From: Archaeoglobus sulfaticallidus PM70-1
GTDB taxonomy: Archaea > Halobacteriota > Archaeoglobi > Archaeoglobales > Archaeoglobaceae
DNA: 64,000 nt
Direction: 5' to 3'
Assembly: GCF_000385565.1 (NCBI RefSeq)
Contig: NC_021169.1
Location: forward strand, 1,096,571 to 1,160,570
Part shown: piece by piece, positions 60,772 to 64,000 of the stretch
Layout of the letters: every line of letters starts with the position of its first letter
Numbering within the stretch: position 1 is the first letter of the stretch
The notes under the pieces: model-generated
Databases searched by the model: none
Told to the model about the DNA's origin: nothing
What the model saw: the letters and a program-made list of their open reading frames with translations, nothing else
Position numbers and translations under genes: made by a program

Positions 60772-60932
60772 GATGGAACCATAAAAGCTCTACTTATTAT
60801 TCTTTCGTTGTTTTGGAGTATTGCGTTCAGGAAACATCCGAAACTGTCCTGCATTTTTGAAAGAATGCTGTGCAGATCATGCGTCTAAATCCAAATCGAC
60901 AATAATTTATAATCCTTTTTTAACCATAACTC

Positions 60933-61478
60933 ATGGAAACCGTGATTAACGGCATTGCATGCACATACAACATTTTCGGAGAGAAAGCTGTTCTTCTCTG
61001 CCCGCCACATCCGGAAATGGGCGGTAGCAGATTCGATGTGAGGATCATGAGAATATCTGAAGAGCTGAACGATGCCGGGATCACAACTCTGGCCTTCGAC
61101 TACAGAAAGCCGTTCAGAGATGGTGTTGGAGAGGTTGAGGATGCCATAGCCTGCTTAAGGTTTTTGAGGGAGAGATTTGAGAGTGTGGCTGTGGTGGGCT
61201 ACTCATTTGGCAGCGTTGTTGCATCGAATTTGCTTGAAGCTAACTCCCTCGTTCTGATCTCACCCCTCAGAAAAATCAACTCCATTGGGCTGAAAAACTC
61301 CGAAACCCCGAAACTGGTAATAGTAGCAAAGCACGATCAGATAATTCCCTATGAGGAATCGGTAGAAATCGCCAGCTGGCTTAATCCACCTAGGAGGGTT
61401 GTAGAGGTTGAGACCGATCACTTTTATACTGGAAAGTACGATTTTCTGGCAAGAACTGTTCGAGAATTTTTGGAGTGA
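60933..61478 (+). CDS. Small alpha/beta-hydrolase-fold protein
   Basis: Nucleophile elbow 'GYSFGS' (GxSxG). Size 181 aa. Confidence 0.5.
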   Translation: METVINGIACTYNIFGEKAVLLCPPHPEMGGSRFDVRIMRISEELNDAGITTLAFDYRKPFRDGVGEVEDAIACLRFLRERFESVAVVGYSFGSVVASNLLEANSLVLISPLRKINSIGLKNSETPKLVIVAKHDQIIPYEESVEIASWLNPPRRVVEVETDHFYTGKYDFLARTVREFLE

Positions 61479-62062
61479 ATCGCATATCTGTAGCAAAAGG
61501 AGGTGATTTCATGAATCGCGAGAAGGCTTTGAATTTGTTAAAAAAGCATGTTAAATCCGAGAACCTGATAAAGCACTGCATAGCGACCTCAGCCATAATG
61601 AAAGAGCTGGCTAAAGAGTTAGGAGAGGATGAAGAGAAGTGGGAGATAATAGGCATTCTGCACGACATCGATTACGAAATGGTTGGCGAAGACATGACCC
61701 AGCATGGTCTGAAAGGTGCGGAGATCCTGAAGAGCGAGGGGGTTGATGACGAGATCGTGGAGGTTGTGAGAACACACAACCACACACTCTTCGGGAATTA
61801 CAGCAAGCCTGTTGAGATAGCCCTTCAGTCAGCAGATTCGGTTTCCGGGCTGATAGTAGCGTGTGCCCTTGTTAAGAAGGGGAAGCTGTCGGAGGTTACT
61901 CCAAAAACCGTGAAGAAAAAGTTTAAGGAGAAGAGCTTCGCTGCTGGATGTGACAGAAACAGAATAAGGGAGGTAGAGAAGCTCGGAATTGAACTGCCAA
62001 AGCTGTACGAGATAGGGATAAGGGGGTTGATGAATGTCAGAGAAGAGCTTGGACTCGAGTAA
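61475..62062 (+). CDS. HD-domain phosphohydrolase
   Basis: 'HCIATSAIM…ILHDIDY…RTHNH' form an H…HD…H motif set. Start possibly ATG at 61511. Confidence 0.65.
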   Translation: MNRISVAKGGDFMNREKALNLLKKHVKSENLIKHCIATSAIMKELAKELGEDEEKWEIIGILHDIDYEMVGEDMTQHGLKGAEILKSEGVDDEIVEVVRTHNHTLFGNYSKPVEIALQSADSVSGLIVACALVKKGKLSEVTPKTVKKKFKEKSFAAGCDRNRIREVEKLGIELPKLYEIGIRGLMNVREELGLE

Positions 62063-62801
62063 GATCGCTGTTCTGGGAGCCGGAAATCTGGGATATGCGA
62101 TAGCCAAAAGGTTAAAAGAGTCTGGCTATGAAGTTATCGTCACGGGAAGAAGAGAGGCCGTGCTGGAATCCCTCAAAAAGATGGGTTGCAGGGTTACAAA
62201 CAACAGAGATGCTGTTAGTGAGGCTGATTTCGTAATCATAACGGTCAAACCAAAAGACCTCGATAGCCTGATCGATGAAATCAGGGATTGTGCTGAGGGG
62301 AAGATAATAATCAGCTTCGTTGCCATGAAAAAGCTTGAAGATATCAGAATGAACGCAAAAATCGTGAGGGCTATGTCGAACATACTTTGCGAGTATGGAC
62401 TGGCTTTCACAGCCTACTACTGCGAATTCGATGACGATGAGATTGAGAGCATACTCTCAAAACTCGGTGATGTGTACAAAGCTAAGGATGAGAAAGAGGT
62501 TGACCTGATGACTGCTTTTTCCGGCTCAGCCCCAGCTTTCGTTGCAAAGATCATCGAAAGCTTCATCTATGCCGGGCTGAACTCCGGGCTGAATGCTGAG
62601 GTGTCAAAGAAGTGTGCTTTAAGCGTTTTTAAAGCAACCTCCGAGGCTCTAAAAACACAGTCGCCAGAGGAGTTCATAATTAAGGTGACAACACCCGCTG
62701 GAACAACCATTCAGGGATTGAGGAAGCTTATGGAGCACAGGGTTGATTTTGCCATAGTTGATGCGCTTCAAGCAACAGCAAGAAGAGCGATGGGATCATA
62801 G
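62034..62801 (+). CDS. proC: Pyrroline-5-carboxylate reductase-like NAD(P)-binding oxidoreductase
   Basis: 'IAVLGAGNLGYAIAKRL' Rossmann N-terminus and a ProC-like C-terminal domain 'TTPAGTTIQGL'. Confidence 0.6.
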   Translation: MSEKSLDSSKIAVLGAGNLGYAIAKRLKESGYEVIVTGRREAVLESLKKMGCRVTNNRDAVSEADFVIITVKPKDLDSLIDEIRDCAEGKIIISFVAMKKLEDIRMNAKIVRAMSNILCEYGLAFTAYYCEFDDDEIESILSKLGDVYKAKDEKEVDLMTAFSGSAPAFVAKIIESFIYAGLNSGLNAEVSKKCALSVFKATSEALKTQSPEEFIIKVTTPAGTTIQGLRKLMEHRVDFAIVDALQATARRAMGS

Positions 62802-63203
62802 CTACTCGAGCCTGACCTGCCTGAACCTTCCGATGAGCTCGTAGATATCGATGCCCAGGTGGTAAATATCTGCGTCTATCTTGTACTTGCTCTTGGTTTT
62901 TTTGAGCTGGTCTATTCTGAAGAACCTCCAGTCCTCTCTGGGAAGCTTTAACCCGATAAAGCATTCAGCACCAAAAAGGGATGAGAACATCGCGAGATCT
63001 TTTATCTGCTGTTCCTCGATGTACAAAGGCAGCTTTGACCTCATCTTAACCTCTATCGCTATGTACTTCTTACCATTCCCTGCTATTATGTCGGGGACTG
63101 GGTAGGCTACGGTACCGCTTCCAGGAGTTCTGATCGCAGCAAATCCGTTTTCCCACAGCTTGTGGATCAGATCTCTCTCAAATTTCGTTCCCTTTTTCTT
63201 CAC
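62802..63203 (-). CDS. hjc: Archaeal Holliday-junction resolvase Hjc
   Basis: 'KGTKFERDLIHKLWENGFAAIRTPGSG…PDIIAGNGKKYIAIEVK' matches the canonical Hjc E…PD…(E/D)xK. Confidence 0.88.
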   Translation of the reverse strand: MKKKGTKFERDLIHKLWENGFAAIRTPGSGTVAYPVPDIIAGNGKKYIAIEVKMRSKLPLYIEEQQIKDLAMFSSLFGAECFIGLKLPREDWRFFRIDQLKKTKSKYKIDADIYHLGIDIYELIGRFRQVRLE

Positions 63204-63263
63204 AGCAGATGTTTGGTTTGGAAATATTTAAACCTGTTTCGATAGTTTTTTCTTCAGTTCCGA

Positions 63264-64000
63264 TTACTGATTTCATGGAGCGTATAAAAGTACATCTTCC
63301 CTTTAAATCCCCTGAGTACTCAAATGTTTACATCATGGGTGAATTTGTTATCGATGGAGGATTCATATCAAAAGAAAAAGCTGGTGAGCTTGCAGGCGAG
63401 ATCGAGAGGCTTGGTTACAGGATAGACAGCCTCACATTCATCATAACTCATCACCACATCGACCACATAGGCATCCTGCTGTGGTATGACATAAGGGCGA
63501 TCATGCATCCCTCCGAGAATGAATTTCTGCTGTTCTACACAAACCCCCAGCACTTTGTAAAGCCATATCTCGAGTGGTCCAGCAGGTACGGAATAGATTT
63601 AGAAATGCTGAGGCCACTTGCAGAGTTTTTTAGATCGGGATCGAGAGTAAAGGGAGAGGCAAACTCTTTAAAGAAAGACTTCAGAATTGAGTATGAGACT
63701 CCAGAGGGTATGGAGATCATCCATACACCCGGGCACTCACCCGGGCATATCTGCATATACATTCCGAAAGAGAAGATCCTCTTTTCGGGAGATCTCGTGC
63801 TGAGTGTAACAACCACGCACATCGGGTACTATCCGGGATACGGTCAGGATCCGGTTGGAGATCAGATTGAGAGCCTGAGAAAGCTTCTCAGCTATGAGAT
63901 AGACGAAATCTATCCAGCACATGAAGATACAATAAAAAATGCCGAGCAGAGAATCCACGAATTAATAGAGCACTATGAGAACAGACTCGAAGAGGTTTAT
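63264..64000 (+). CDS. Metallo-beta-lactamase-fold hydrolase (partial; runs off window end)
   Basis: 'ITHHHIDHIG' and 'HTPGHSPGHICIY…FSGDLV' MBL motifs. No stop occurs before 64000. Confidence 0.6.

Overview
This window reads as archaeal chromosome, Archaeoglobus-like in gene content (CODH, F420 CofD, SOR, Hjc, Lhr, archaeal RecJ-like) and in its CRISPR repeat family. It holds a housekeeping backbone and two accessory islands. The backbone genes are pyrB/pyrI with an Lrp–TRASH regulator, a Na+/solute symporter, an SF1 helicase, thrC, an Lhr helicase, cofD, cooS, a RecJ-like DHH nuclease, and a dpp-type ABC peptide transporter with a hydantoin racemase and a DUF917 protein. The first island lies downstream of a tRNA-Asn gene (~18.2–23.5 kb). 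It is a patchwork of decayed toxin–antitoxin genes, orphan ORFs, a bactofilin-like membrane protein and a GC-rich non-coding stretch, with no integrase. The second island is a large CRISPR-Cas locus (~41.3–54 kb). Its array has ~63 repeats with the unit CTTTCAATCCTACAATAGTCTGATTTTAAC, transcribed on the minus strand, with the leader at the high-coordinate end. A complete type I cas operon follows in the order cas4-cas1-cas2-cas6-cas3-cas8-like-cas11-like-cas7-cas5. Cas3 is a single polypeptide with the helicase N-terminal and the HD nuclease C-terminal, which is non-canonical for I-A or I-B. Two PIN-family toxin–antitoxin modules and their decayed duplicates sit immediately after cas5, followed by an FprA/Isf oxidative-stress pair. 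A second 4-repeat mini-array (32456–32688) and two degenerate relic repeats (30937–31030) bracket a 1.4-kb segment containing a band-7 gene and a GC-rich candidate structured RNA. One spacer is shared between the mini-array and the main array, and the leader-proximal spacer of the main array duplicates an internal spacer. All calls come from reading the sequence and ORF translations by eye. No database searches were run.
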